Assembly: GCA_951406725.2 (NCBI GenBank)
Contig: OX597816.1
Location: forward strand, 98,022,001-98,086,000
DNA from: Octopus vulgaris
Taxonomy: Eukaryota
Reading direction: 5' to 3'
DNA length: 64,000 bases
Below the pieces are notes generated by a model. That model worked only from the letters and a program-made list of their open reading frames with translations, ran no database searches and was not told where the DNA came from. Below, one piece after another: positions 39,603 through 53,120 of the stretch (positions are counted from its first letter, which is position 1; each line of letters opens with the position of its first letter). A program made the position numbers and the translations under genes.

Positions 39603-41112
39603 CTTTTCATTTCCGTACGTGTTCTTGCTCCACTTACTCCATTTTGTTCTTCTAAGATATGTATCTTCATGTGCGCATGTTTGTGTCATTGTTTGTTTGT
39701 CTGTGTGGGGGTGGGGCGTGTGCGTGTATGTGTGTGTGTATGCTTCTGTGAGTGTCAGAGATTTTAGCAGCCATGTGGCCCTCCCCTCAGCCCAACTTCA
39801 CACCCCATTGTGTTGCTGCTGTCCTAAGACCCAAGAAAACGAAAGAAAAAAGGTAATATGTGAAGGTACAGTTCGTGTATTTCTCTGTGTATGTGTGTTC
39901 GTTCGTGGTGTTGCCACCCATTACTTTCATTCGTAGATTAGCCTTACGTAATGGCCTGATGCTCCTATAATATCCCTGATCTGCAATACCTATCCCTTTG
40001 ATATGTCCCTCTGTACGGAGCACATGTGTGTTATGTCTAGGATGAACTCATAGGTTAACTGTAAGTTTATGAATGTAGTGTATAGCTTTCGATGTACTGA
40101 GGGACGGTCCAGACGCATGACAACTACCTACAAAGGAAAGACTGCACGCAGCATAGGAGAGTGGATAGGTGACATTGGCAAGAGTTCAAAGAAGGGAAAA
40201 GCTCGTCAGTGCTCTACCAAGATACTCAAGCAGAACATGGAAGCTCGATTAATAACATAGAGATTAAACAACTAACGATAAATAGAAACACGACACTTAG
40301 ACAGATTATAGAAGCCACAGACCTAACAGTAGACAAACCGAGACTCAATAGAAAACAGGACTTGGACAGTAACACCCATCCACCCACCCACCACACCACA
40401 TCACTAAAGACAGTAGAGATGTGAAGAGAGGGGGAAATGGAAGAAAAACTCGTAAATAATACATAGTTGCATACAGAGTAATACACACAATAGGCATATA
40501 TACTCTTACCTGGGATACGTATGAGAAATAGAGATGCATAAAAAATAGATAGATAAGTAAAATTCTAAATAGATAAATATACGAATATATAAATATATCT
40601 GCCACATACCTGTGATAAATGTAAGACAGAGATATATAAGATAAATAAATAAAACTATAAAAATGGCATGGATGCATACGAAGCGAATCCATGCACACAA
40701 ACATAAGCACACATAAAACCTCATGGATGGCCGTATGCATTCAACAACACAACTAACGCAGTCACCACCAGCAGCGATGCTGACGATTCAAATAACAACA
40801 AGAGCAACTACCACGATGGCAACGCTGTGGACGAACATACATACACAGAGGAATACAGGAACTATTCATTCCCTTTCTTCTTTTTCCTTTTTTTCTTCTC
40901 GTGTCTTAGGACAGCAGCAGCACAATGGGGTGATAGGTAGGGGTTGAGTAGGACACACGGCTGCTAAAATCTCTGACACGCACACAGGCATGCACACACA
41001 TCACACACGCACGCACACACACACACACAAGGACAAATGCATGCGCACATGCAGTTACACATCTTAGAAGAACAGTCTAGAGTGGTACAAGAACACACAC
41101 GGAAAGGAAAAT

Positions 41113-41159
41113 TTGTCACTGAAGCGGTTAAAGATGTGTGACGAAAAATTTTCGGACAA
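41113..41159 (+). ncRNA. Hammerhead ribozyme motif (degenerate inverted partner of 39557-39602)
   Basis: UUGUCa-CUGAAGC-ggUUAaagauguguGAC-GAAA-aauuu-UC-gGACAA. Confidence 0.55.
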
Positions 41160-41312
41160 TGGACAGGCGTCAAAATAATAAGAATAATAACTTAACAATA
41201 ATAAACGAGTGAAGAAAAAAATATGGTGCAAATATAAAAAAAATAAATAACAGGACAATCCCGAAATACAACAATATATATAGATATATGTGTATTAGCC
41301 TTTCGCTATGTA

Positions 41313-42835
41313 TCTCCTATGATAAAAGGCAGATTTTCTTTGCCTGATACCATGTTTGTTTTTAATACAGTTGTACAATATACAATTTATTCAATTGGAA
41401 TTTACCTATGATTTTTCGAAGTAGATTCATGGCATATCATTTTTTTTCAATTTGACCCCCAATTAAGCAAAAATTAGATCAAACTCAATATTTTACGATT
41501 TGCCTCTCTCATTTCAAATGCTTCACTCTTTCTATTACCACACTTTCTGCTACTTTCTCTTTGCAAGTGTACACACACATAGACACGCAAACATATACAT
41601 ATACGATTGCCTCTCTTATTTCAAATGCTTTCCTCCGTCTATTACCACACTTTCTCCTACTTTCTCTTTGCAAGCGGGTAAACAGATACACGTGCATTTT
41701 TTTTCGGGAAGTCCTTTTGAAGTTGGTGTGCATCGGAAGCATTGATGTACATGTGTACGTGCGTGAGTATGTGTGTGTGTGTGTGTGTGTGTGTTTGATG
41801 GGTTGTGCGACACAGAAAGTGTGGTGTGTAAGTGAAGTGCTTTTGTTAGTGTGTGTAAAGAGACAGAGAGAGTAATGTTGTGCTGTGTGTGTATGTGTGA
41901 AAGACAGAGATAACTGAACCTTTTTTATTCACTTTTTGTAGTGAGTGACTGAGAGAGAGAAGAAAAGAGAGGTTATGTATGTATATATATATGTATGGCT
42001 TCAGTGACACACACACAAAAACACATACCTACGTACACCTAAAGCACGCACACGCACACACAAACGGAGCGCGAACTTCGAAAGAACTTCGCGCTCTATC
42101 TATCTAGTTTGCCATTTCTCACACGCACATACACACGCAAACATACAATATATGACAGTGACAAACACAAACGTTTCAAACAACTACATACAAACACTCA
42201 AACACACACACACACACGTGTGTTTGTTATTAGTAAAAAAAGGCGACAAATACAATTCACTATCTCATTCGAACACATTTGCAAACACACACCGACGGTC
42301 GAATTGCCATAACTCAACAGAAAAGGTAAATTGTTATTTAATTTACTTTCTGTCGCTAAATTTTGGTAGTATTAATTGGCGAGCGTACTTCAGTTGTCAA
42401 TTGTTGAAAGAAAGAAATTGTAAGCTAAGAAGGTGTGTGTGTGTATGTGCGCGTGCGTGTGTGTGTGTGTGTCTGTGTGTGTGTGTGTGTGTGAGTGTGT
42501 GTGTGTGTATGTATGTGTATTAATGTGTGTGTGTTATCTCTCTCGATATAAAGCTGAAGTTGTCTGTGTTGCTCTTCCTTCCGTAGAAGATAAAATTCAA
42601 ATCGGACCATGTTAACACCAACAATTATTTCCATCAAAAAGCTGCTTTTTTCTATGAAAATCCCTATTTTTTACCATTTTTTCACTGCTGTGTCGCCACT
42701 TTTCGGTGTATTTCAACCAGAAAAATGTTCACTTGAACACAATAACATGCTACATGATGCAAAAGTTTTACTTTTCAAAAATTCCAATTCCAGCGGGTCG
42801 AAACAAACCCGAGCAACGCCGGGCGATACTGCTAG
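41313..42835 (+). mobile_element. Non-autonomous Helitron
   Basis: 3' end hairpin CCCG-agcaacg-CCGGG (42808-42823) followed by CTAG|T. Candidate 5' end A|TCTCCTATGATAAAAGGC. No TSD. Internal 68-bp tandem duplication (41499-41567 / 41607-41673). The 3' end is better supported than the 5' end. Confidence 0.65.
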
Positions 42836-44058
42836 TGATATATACTCCTTCCACACATTCTTTTGTTAATGATACAATTCTTTTGCTGACTGCTCTTACG
42901 CATATGAATCTCGCACTGATTCCCATCTGTGATATGAACTGGTACTAGAAACTATGTTCAAAATATTTCATAGTCTTTAAACTATTCTGTTTTCGTAGTC
43001 GCTGGGAATTATGGCTCACTTTGTCATTACATGGTTGACTTCTTTAGGTAATTATTATATTCTATTACTGATTACTACAAGTAATAATGTTCGTGGAATA
43101 AATCTAATAAGTGATGTCTACTGCTCTTTAGTGAGACCAATATTCTAGGTAATTTAGAGTGATGAACTTGTGACGTTACTGTATATGGTTTACGAGAGTG
43201 AGAAAATTCAATACAGCTGTACAGTATATAAGTTTTTAAGATAATATATTTTAATAAATCTTCTATTGCGGCACTGATATAATTACCTGCCTTGAGCTAC
43301 ATAAATATCCTTAGGTAACTGTTTTCAAAATGATCTGTGCTATGTGCCCCGCAAATCATAAGTTCTCTAAGAATATATCGTCGTTCAAGGAAACAGAGCG
43401 TAATTGAAGAACATGTCAAAGCTTATAACGCAATTGGAAATATAAGTCTAGTGAAAATATAAGTTTGCATATGCAACTCAAATTTGTAGAATGTACACTA
43501 TTAATGTTGGAGGGCAAGATGCCTAAAATATAAGTAAGTGGTATTTTACATTAAAATGAATAAAAACAATCATAAGTATGTAAGTGTGTGTATATGTATA
43601 TATATTCATGTCAAGTTAAATACAAAACCAATTCAGAATTAATTTGAAGGGTTCATCCATTAAATGATTCCAGCATTTATTCCCCTAACTGCGCCAAGCA
43701 CCATAACATTATGTCTTAACCAAGTAGGTCCGTGCTTCCGGTTATATTAAATACTTGTTTTCTCAAGAGTTTTTTGTAAACAATTTTTTGAGTTTGCTTT
43801 GTGAACCAAGATGGGACCCAATTATATAAATCTCTTTGTAGGACACAATGAAAATCAAATATTTATCCAATTCCTGGAACCTATCTTAATTTTCCATCCA
43901 TCCTACACTTAACTGCATCTCCATATTTTCATTTTGAAACTCAATTTACAATAATTGTCTTATTTTGCACACATTCGCGTAAATAAAATTATATATGCGT
44001 GTATTTGTGTGCATGAGTGTGTATATGTATACACACATATAGAATATATACACTCACA

Positions 44059-44092
<34 letters not shown>

Positions 44093-46081
44093 AATATGTA
44101 TATTACATGTGTGTGTGTTTGTGTACATATACGTACATATTGGGAAAAATAAATTTCGTTTCGCACATATACAGAACTAACTGGAAGACGGAAACGCATC
44201 CATCGTGTATTTATGATGATTAATTTGTCTTACCAATAATTCACATATCATTGACATATTCTTATAGGAAAAACCATAACACGGTAGTTACCGTGAGAGA
44301 AACTCCCATATTGACTTTTGGAGCAAAATGCCCTTGTTTATATCGTTTGCGGGGAAATAAATTCCCGCACCTTCCAGCAATGAGACTACGAAATCACGTG
44401 ATTTCGAACTTATTTGGTCTTGTCAATGATGGACGCTCGATCACTTCAGCAGCAGTGATTTATCATCACGCCAGCAATTTATAGTCAGTGCCAGAGCAGT
44501 GTCAGCCAATAGGGAACGGTCTCTCTGTTTCTATAGTTTGTTTTAATAGAATATCCGCGCTTAGGTAGTGATAAATATTACCTCTCGGTATTAATATTGC
44601 CTCTGTTGCTAATATATATTTCTTTTCTTAGTATAAGAACATACTGCTATATAATGATGTTGTTTATAAGTAAAATCAATACCTTGGAATACAGGCGGAA
44701 TTTTTATTTTGAGTAAGAACAAATAGAGGTTAAGTATTTCTTTCATTGTACCAGCATGAGTACGTAGTAAGTTTTCGGTACAGAATTGGAAATTTCGATG
44801 TTTGTATATAATCCAAGGGGGTTATGTCTGGGTCAGCTCTCTTTGAAAAGAGTGGCAAAACAAAATGCATACAGTTATACATGTTACCGGAAAATCAAAT
44901 TATAAATAGCCTGATGAATAAGAGAACGCTGGTTGTGAAAAAACACAATCATCAATGAAAATTCGCTTGACAAATAAAAATGTGAGACTGTCACAATTGA
45001 ATATGAAATTTGGCTCGATTAATATAAATGTCTTGAATAAACGTGTCTACATTGGATACTGATACAGTAAATCAATAGACTGTGGACAAGTAGCTTAAAG
45101 AAAGATGCATTGTTGATTCTTAGACATGAATACTTATAAATGATCCCCATTTCATATATACAATGAATAAAGAAGTTTCCTGTTAGTACCATTCATTTAT
45201 ATTTGTTGTCAGATATTTTTAGCAGCTCTATGACTGACACTACTTAATTTTAAGAGAAGGTGCACATCCCAACCTTAACAAGCTGAGGTTTAACGTGTAT
45301 AACAAGGTCTATTCCATTTCCAGTGTCTGATAATCACACATTATGATAGATCGATGATTTAAGAGTACATGAAGATATTCGAATAATAGAATGAGTGTCA
45401 CGATTGAAGATAGAACCTTTCTAGATCGTTTGTTTTACTGCAGAAGCTCCTATAGGAGAAGCCTTTTATGTGAGCCATGTTTATTCAGAGACGTTATGTT
45501 TATGTACTTATTAGATAAATATTTTACAGATTCTAATAAAATATTTAAGCATGTTGTAATGTACAAATGGCATTAGTGTTTTCGTTATACTCGCAATTTG
45601 ATGAAACAATATACTTCCAATTCACTATCAATAAATGTATCCTATCTAACCCTGTATTGCTAGTGAGAACTTTCTGTAGACAATACTCACAGTTTTTCTT
45701 AGAAAAATGTATCCATTAAATACATTATGTATGCATTGTGTATAAGTGTATGATGAACACATATGCGTATACGTATGCGTCAGTACAGATGGATGAACAG
45801 ACGCATATACACTCAATGTTTCTAAAACATTGATTAAATGTATTAATTAAAATAGTAATTAAAAGTATCATGTTAGAACATTGCTTAAGCAAAAACGTAA
45901 TTTCATGACTTCGATTGCATGGAGTTTATGATGTTCATGATAATATTACTTCGGAACCAGATGTGTGAGCAAAAGTATGAGCTTACAACAGTCGTTTCTT
46001 ACGCATCTTTCACAAAGGTTTTAAGCGAAATAGTTTTATATTTCGGAAAAAAAAGAAGAAAAAGAAAATTCAGACAGAGGC

Positions 46082-46130
<49 letters not shown>

Positions 46131-46468
46131 TCTCCCTGTTTATTTCCTCATGTTCCTCTGTAAATTTCAACTATGCATACATATATATAGATATATATAT
46201 GTGTGTGTGTGTTTGTCAGGTAATACTGAGTAAGTGCTATGGGTAGACCTTAGTTAAGCTCCAGGTTCGGTGATTATGCGAATACGGAGTCCAACGTAGG
46301 TCATATATCAGCATGTTATATATAGAAAATTTTGTTTCACAATGTGATAAAAATCTAAGATTTTAGAACATTTATAAATAATAATAAATATATAATAAGC
46401 TGTAAGACCTTCTAGTTATGAATGCTTTAAAATCTTCACAGCCTTGGGTTTTTATCTCATTCTGAAAA

Positions 46469-46507
<39 letters not shown>

Positions 46508-46509
<2 letters not shown>

Positions 46510-46720
46510 AGAATAAGCACATAAATGCGAAACAAAGTGGAAAAAATAGTACTCGGATACCGGAGGTAGAGTAATATGCCTTATTTAAAAATTAGCAAAA
46601 TATCACAATAGTTGTTGCTCAGATATTCAGAGTTTTGTTTCTAAACTGTCCAACGAACGGGAACGTGACATTCTGAGTAACCGTTTTTGTGATATTTTTG
46701 CTGCTCTTTTCATAAATAAA
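46508..46720. mobile_element. Penelope-like terminal-repeat remnant with a short inversion and a degenerate hammerhead (46643-46686, +)
   Basis: Inverted 46595-46624 / 46672-46702. AACUGU-CCAACGA-ACG-ggaa-CGU-GACA-uUCuGAG-UA-AcCGUU has hammerhead topology with a mutated core. Sits next to a (TA)n tract. Confidence 0.5.
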
Positions 46721-46744
46721 TCTCTCTGTCCCTCTCTCTCTTTC

Positions 46745-46802
<58 letters not shown>

Positions 46803-47123
46803 CATACATATATACTTACATATGAGTGTGTTGTGTGTATGTGTATATCTGTGTGTTTGTGTGTGCATGTGTGTATATGTGCATTTGTTTGTGTGTGTGT
46901 GTCAATGTACGCAAAGACAAGTGGAATAAAAATCCCGTAGCTTGGGTTAGCGAGAGGAGGTGAATCCGTTGAGAACACAATTTTGCTACACATCTTCAAC
47001 ATCCAATACATTGTTTAGGCAGAAGAGAAACGAAGTTAAAGAACGTAAGTTTCTATGCATTTGTATGTATATATGTATGTATGTATCATATATGATACAC
47101 ACAAACATATATACATATATATA

Positions 47124-47174
<51 letters not shown>

Positions 47175-48584
47175 TCATATACATATATATATATATATAG
47201 AAATATATATACAAGTGTGTATGTATGTATAATGAAAGATGGCATACGTATTTTGACATTAAAGTTTTATCTCTTCGCAATGGTACTGTTTGTCAGACAA
47301 ATGTGGTTTTGACACACCACATACTGTTAATATGTCCGCTGAACAAAATACATTCCATTTAAAAGTTGTTGACGTACGATTGTTTACCTCGTTTAGAGAT
47401 GTGAAAACAAACTTGTAAAAAAGAAATAATATTATACAATGTTGATTCAAATATTATTTGAAAGCTATTTTGTCTCTGTTAAGTATTGATTTTAAAAGAT
47501 AATTCCCAGATTGGAAGTACTTTAAAGGTAAAGCAAAGTTGATAAATATTACAAAACAATAAAAAAAAGGTACGAGCGAATATGGAAAATAAATACAAAA
47601 CACTAAGCTTAATGCAGATAATGGTGTACACATAAATACGCACGCGCACACACACGCACACAATCAGACACACACATACTTATGCATATACATACATATA
47701 CATATACACAAGGAAACTAACGCACACACATATTTACATGCGCATGCGCATTTGTAGGTACACTTATACAGCTACTGATATATGTATGTATTTAAGTGTA
47801 TATGCATGTATGTATTTCTGCATGTGTATTTAAAATTTAAACATTCTAAAATTCATTTTGCTAAAGTGTAATAATATTTAAGACTTTCTTTATTTAGTTC
47901 ATTGCCACCTTAAAACTACTTCAAATATATTTACTGACCATTTTATTGTATTTGATTTTCTTAATATTAATATTTTTAAAATGCTACATTTTCCTACAAA
48001 AAGAAGTATCCCTTCTGTTAACACATCCTTCATCATTCATATTTGTTTTTTAAACGCTAATTTTCAGTTGAAAATATTTGCATTAATGCAAATATCTTCT
48101 TTTTTATCTTCTTATAATACTTTCTCTCATTTTTTTCTTCACATTTCGTTGTCCTATTTTCACCTACCCCTTCCTCTGCGTTCCTCTTCTACGTTATTAT
48201 CTTTATCGTCGGTCTCATCAACATCTTCATTTCCCAACATAGTATCCCCCTCCCATCATCATCATCATCGCCTTCATTTTCTGCTTCTTTACTATTTTGC
48301 ATCTTTTTTCTTCTTCCATCCTGTTTCTTTTGCTTGTCGATTTTTTATGGTGGTCATTTTTGTTCTTTATCCAAAATTATTTCCGATATCTTTCACTTAT
48401 GAACTGGGAATCCGATAAGCGCTTTGATGAATTGCAGGAAAGCCAGGTGCTCTCGATGCTGTAATATTCACCACAATATATTTTCGAGCTTTCGGCCAAA
48501 GAGATGAAACAACCAACAAACTATTACAACATCAATAGCAGTTGCAACAGTAGAAACACGAAAGGCACATCTGTTTGAGTAGTA

Positions 48585-48950
48585 TCAAATATTGGTTTCA
48601 AATTTAGGCACAAAGACAGCAAGTTCGGGGGAGGGTTCATTCGATTACACCGACTCCAGTGTTCACCTGGTACATACTTTAACAGCCTTGAAATGATGAA
48701 ATGTAAAGGCAACCCTGAAAGGTTGAAATGCAAACTCGGCCACAGTGGAATTTGAACTCGGGACATAAAGGCGTAAGAATTGTTGCTATGTAAGGTGCAG
48801 GCTGTGTGGTAAGAAGCTTGCTTCGCAACCACATGGTTTGGGTTCAGTATCACAGTGCGGTACATTGAGCAAGTGTTTTCTACTGTTGCCTCGTGTCGAC
48901 CAAAGCCGTGTGAGTGGATTTGGTAGGTGGAAACAGAAAGAGGACCGACG
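48585..48950. mobile_element. Two head-to-head SINEs (48585-48775 on -, 48795-48950 on +)
   Basis: ggaatttgaactc (B-box on -), then ggctgtgtggtaagaagcttgcttc...gggttcagt...gtgagtggatttggtag. Confidence 0.75.
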
Positions 48951-48969
48951 TATATATATATATATATAC

Positions 48970-49034
<65 letters not shown>

Positions 49035-50319
49035 ATATGTATGTATGAACAAGTTATTAAACCTGTAAAAGTATAGGACAAGCTATTACTTCTAGTAAAG
49101 AAAAAGGAACTGTTTACTTAAAATATAGCAGCAAAGAATGCCAGTTCTTCTAATTTATCACTCTTTACATTTCGCATCTTTTAAAGTTATTGTACAAAAC
49201 AGTTCAGCTAATTTGTAAGTTTGTCTAATTAGTCACATTTTTTCTGTATTTAAGGTACTAAATTGGCCAAATTCTACTTAAATAAGTATTGTGTTATTTG
49301 TAAACTATAATAAAATAAGTTTTAATATTCAAATTTTAATTTTAGCTGCAACATTTTAAGTAAAACATTTCTCATTCTTTACTTTACTTAATTGCTTGTC
49401 CTGTACTGTTCCCGGTTTATAGACTCAAGAATATTATTTTGATGCTCGTATTTTTCCATGTAATCCATGATTTTTCCAGACATTCCTGTTATAAGATAAT
49501 TAATAATGTGTCAATAATTTAAGATTTTATCTTATAAAATACTGAAAGATAATATTTCAATATTTCCATATAAGTGATGATAATATTTCAATTTTATCGT
49601 GTTTAATTTAAATATATGCTGTGATTTAATTTTTTGATATTACCCATCTACACCAAATTAATGGTAGGGATTTTTACCATGTTGCAAAAAACAAACCCCA
49701 AAAGCATCAGTCACCAGACTCACCTTAAGTAACCTTCTTTTGCAATATTAGGTCACAGGAATTCATTCAACGAAAACAGAAGTTCCAATGATTCCGGGAT
49801 GGGGGTAGGAACACCCACCTCTTTTTTTCCGAAACAAAATAAGGTATTTTTCAGCATATTAGAAGGTCAGGGTACTTGATTCCAAGCAAAAAGTACTTTT
49901 TTTTTTCTTGTGAAAATCGTGTGGATGTTAATATAGAAATTGACTAAAATGTTGTTATTTAGCCTCAAATAAACTCTGATACTGCAAACCTATCATCAAA
50001 GACATTCCAGCCTCCAGCAAATCGTCATTTTAGGGGATAATCTCGGTCATTACATATATTGGACGTGTGATTTATGTAGAGGAATACTTTGGCTGCTATT
50101 TTTAGCGTGTAGAGCGACCAGGTAAAAGCTTTCTCATTGGTTCGATTGCGTGATGAGATTTTTTAAAACATGTATGTAATATGTATATATATATATATAT
50201 ATGTCATCGGCAGAAGTTAGAGAATAATTCAAAAGCTGAGGGTTTCATGTGTTGGCACTTATCAAACACGAATCTGTCCATTGTCACTCTGTAACTTCTG
50301 ACAAACTAATTCCTAGAAT

Positions 50320-50705
50320 ACAAAAATTTGACAAAAAACGTTAAAAATAAACCCTGTTCTATGTGACACATTCTAGCAGTATCGGAATTTTGAAAGTATT
50401 TAGTTAAAAAAATTAATGATAAAATAATCTGTACGTCTAATTGAATAGATCCGAAATGGATGAAAGGCAAATTCGATCTCGGCGGAATTTGAACTCAGAA
50501 CGTAAAGACAGACCTAACACCGTTTCATAAATTCAAAATTTTGTCAAAAAAATTAAGAATAAAGCCTGTTATACGTGACATATTCTACCAGTATCGGAAG
50601 TTTGAAAGTGCTTCGTTAAAAAAGTTAATTAAATAATATGTACTTCAAAGTCGACTCGGAGAAATTTGAACTCAGAAACATAAAGACAGACGAAATGCCA
50701 GCTCG
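50320..50705. repeat. Diverged tandem duplication of about 200 bp, each unit ending in a SINE fragment
   Basis: aataaa.cctgtt.ta.gtgaca.attcta.cagtatcggaa.tttgaaagt...aatttgaactcagaac.taaagacagac occurs at about 50345-50513 and 50558-50691. Confidence 0.75.
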
Positions 50706-51662
50706 CCGCATCAGGAACAGTTCATTTCATAACTCTTTTTCTACTAATGTTTGTTCAATGCTACTAGCGATTCCGAATTCCTCATGCATTTTTCAATCAT
50801 TTAAGCCTAAGAAAGGTATACTTCTCATTTAAAATTTAAAAACTTATGTTAATTGAAGATGAATATCTGCTTTCCTGCCCCCCCCCACGCCTTGAGGTCG
50901 CAGATATTTTGATGTAACTTTTTTCTACTGAACAAAATCTGAAACTATTTATGCCAAAGTATAACTGAGGAGGTGTCCTCTGTAAAACTATTAAGAATTT
51001 GCAGTTTAGTTGAGAACAGAATTAGTGGTGAAGCTTGGAGCGTGCTGCGATTGACGAAATGGTGGACTTAAGATTATATTCAACAAGTATCGTGGTTGAA
51101 TGATATCGACATTATAAACATTACTTGAATATATTTTTAAATGAAATTAAAGTACAAAGCTATTGAAAACCAAAAAAAGAAGGAAAAACAAATGAAATGA
51201 ATTGACGTTCCAGATTTCGCATGAATTAAAATTAGAAATGTGTAATGCGTTGAGGGAAGTTATTTCTAATCATTAACTGGTGCATCAAACTTCGAATGGA
51301 AGTTTTTCTCCATATATATGCTGTCTTACCTTTAGGGACATTTGTTCACCGCCTTCAATCAGGTTTTCATTGGAGATAACATCAGTTTTGCAATTACTCA
51401 GTATTTAAATGACCATTTGTTTTCGTTGTAAATGTATATCGAAAAATATTGTCTAAAATTGAAATCATCGAGAATGATGTTAATTTGTAATTTAGTTTCT
51501 TTCATTTTTATATGCATTGAAGAACAGATATTTCTTTAACTTGTTAGTCCACAGGGCACTTTCTGTATCTTATTAATTACATGCATTGAATCATTAATTG
51601 GAAATTTTGGTTTTAGTAATGTCAGGTATATATTTAAAGTGTCAGTGAATATACATATAAAT

Positions 51663-51738
<76 letters not shown>

Positions 51739-52088
51739 GTGCATGTGTGTATAGTGAGGGCGCATGTGCGTAATCAAACGGCAGGGAGCGCGAGAGCGCG
51801 TATGTGCTCGAGTGTTTTTGTACACACATATACGTATGGGTATATACACACCTATATGTAAGAATATATATATATATGTATGTGTGTGTTTGTGTGTATG
51901 TGTGTGTGTGTATAAAGAAAAAGAATGTAGTCAGTATTTGCATTAGAAAACTGTTTGCCAAGCGCCTTCATCCCCAACAGTGTCGAAGACGCCAAATAAG
52001 TAGTTTTATACAAATTCTGACTAACTTCGCTTTGTAAATATATAAAATCTGTACAACACTGAAAACAATCTATACACAGATGCGTGCA

Positions 52089-52434
52089 TCTATATATATA
52101 AAACTAAGAATGTGTGTGTGTCTGTCTGTGTGAATCCCTAAAACTTGAGAACTACACAACCAATTTCATTCAAATTTTACACATGCCTTACTTAGGGTCC
52201 ATGGAGTGTCAATGGGCACTGAAACAAAGAAATGTTTAACTTCTTGCCTAGTGCGAGCCCACAGCAATATCATATATTCTCCACTTTTTCAGTATTACCT
52301 GTTAAAAGTGAAACAAAAAACATCTCTCTATTATAATGTCAGATACTTTCACTTTAGTACTGAAACAATTAAAGTCAAACTATTATATAAGAGGGATGAA
52401 CCATAAACAGTGGACTGATGTATAGATATAGATG

Positions 52435-52467
<33 letters not shown>

Positions 52468-52650
52468 TATATACATAAAACGGAGAATGTGTGTGTGCCT
52501 GTATGTCTGATTGTCTGTCTGTTTGTCTGTCTGTCTGTGTGAATCCCTAAAACTTGACAACTACTCAACCATTTTCATTCAAATTTTACACATGCCTTAC
52601 TCAGGGTCCATGTATTGTCATGGGCAAGAAATTTTTAACTTCTTGCCTAT
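52089..52650 (+). mobile_element. Two tandem Helitron-like 5' ends
   Basis: A|TCTATATATATAAAA...gtgtgtctgtctgtgtgaatccctaaaacttga..attcaaattttacacatgccttact.agggtccat at 52089-52250 and about 52470-52648. No 3' hairpin/CTAG seen. Confidence 0.55.
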
Positions 52651-53002
52651 ATATAGATGTAGATGTAATATGTACACATATATATATGCATACATATATA
52701 CACCCATACACACATACTCACACATATATAGGTGCAGCTAAATATTCAAATAACGATATATAGAATGGTTGATTGAAGGAGATTCTGTTCCAGTCTTGTT
52801 AATTATTTCAGTGGGATGTTCAAAGTGAAGATATTGTCAAGAGTAGAAACACTGCAATAATTTGATATACTTAAAAATATTTTTCTCACAGCAATACTCA
52901 ATCGTTTGTGGGAAATGTTCTTTAAACTTCTGAATATGCAACTATATTTTGCATCTAATTGTGGGTTACCTATGTCCTATTTGACATTATTAAAGTTGAC
53001 TG

Positions 53003-53120
53003 TGAGGCAGAGAGCTGGCAGAATCGCTAGCATGCCGAGGAAAATGCTTTATGGCATTTCGACCGTATTTATGTTCTGAGTTCAAATTCTGTAACGGTCG
53101 ACGTTGCCTTTCATCTTTCC
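53003..53120 (+). mobile_element. tRNA-derived SINE 5' fragment
   Basis: ggcagagagctggcagaatcgctagca...ttctgagttcaaattct...tgcctttcatc. Confidence 0.7.

Larger units (their letters stand above)
39480..41260 (+). mobile_element. Penelope-like element with a 5' inverted terminal repeat, GIY-YIG relic and 3' terminal repeat
   Basis: Inverted arms at about 39480-39916 and 40817-41250. The middle encodes NVVYSFRCTEG..TYKGKTARSIGE and IIEA...DKPRLNRKQ (GIY-YIG motifs) at 40069-40360. Confidence 0.8.

Noticed and set aside
44375-44410. Hammerhead at GAAATCACGTGATT
   Set aside because: Palindromic stem III-like motif, but no CUGANGA core and no stem I or II pairing.
44908-44950. CTGATGA...GAAA motif
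   Set aside because: No stem I or III pairing; a chance match in AT-rich DNA. The same applies to CTGATGA at about 7716 and 25137.
50204-50302. Short inverted repeat with a hammerhead-like TTGATAA..GAAA on the - strand
   Set aside because: Core and helices are too degenerate to support a call.
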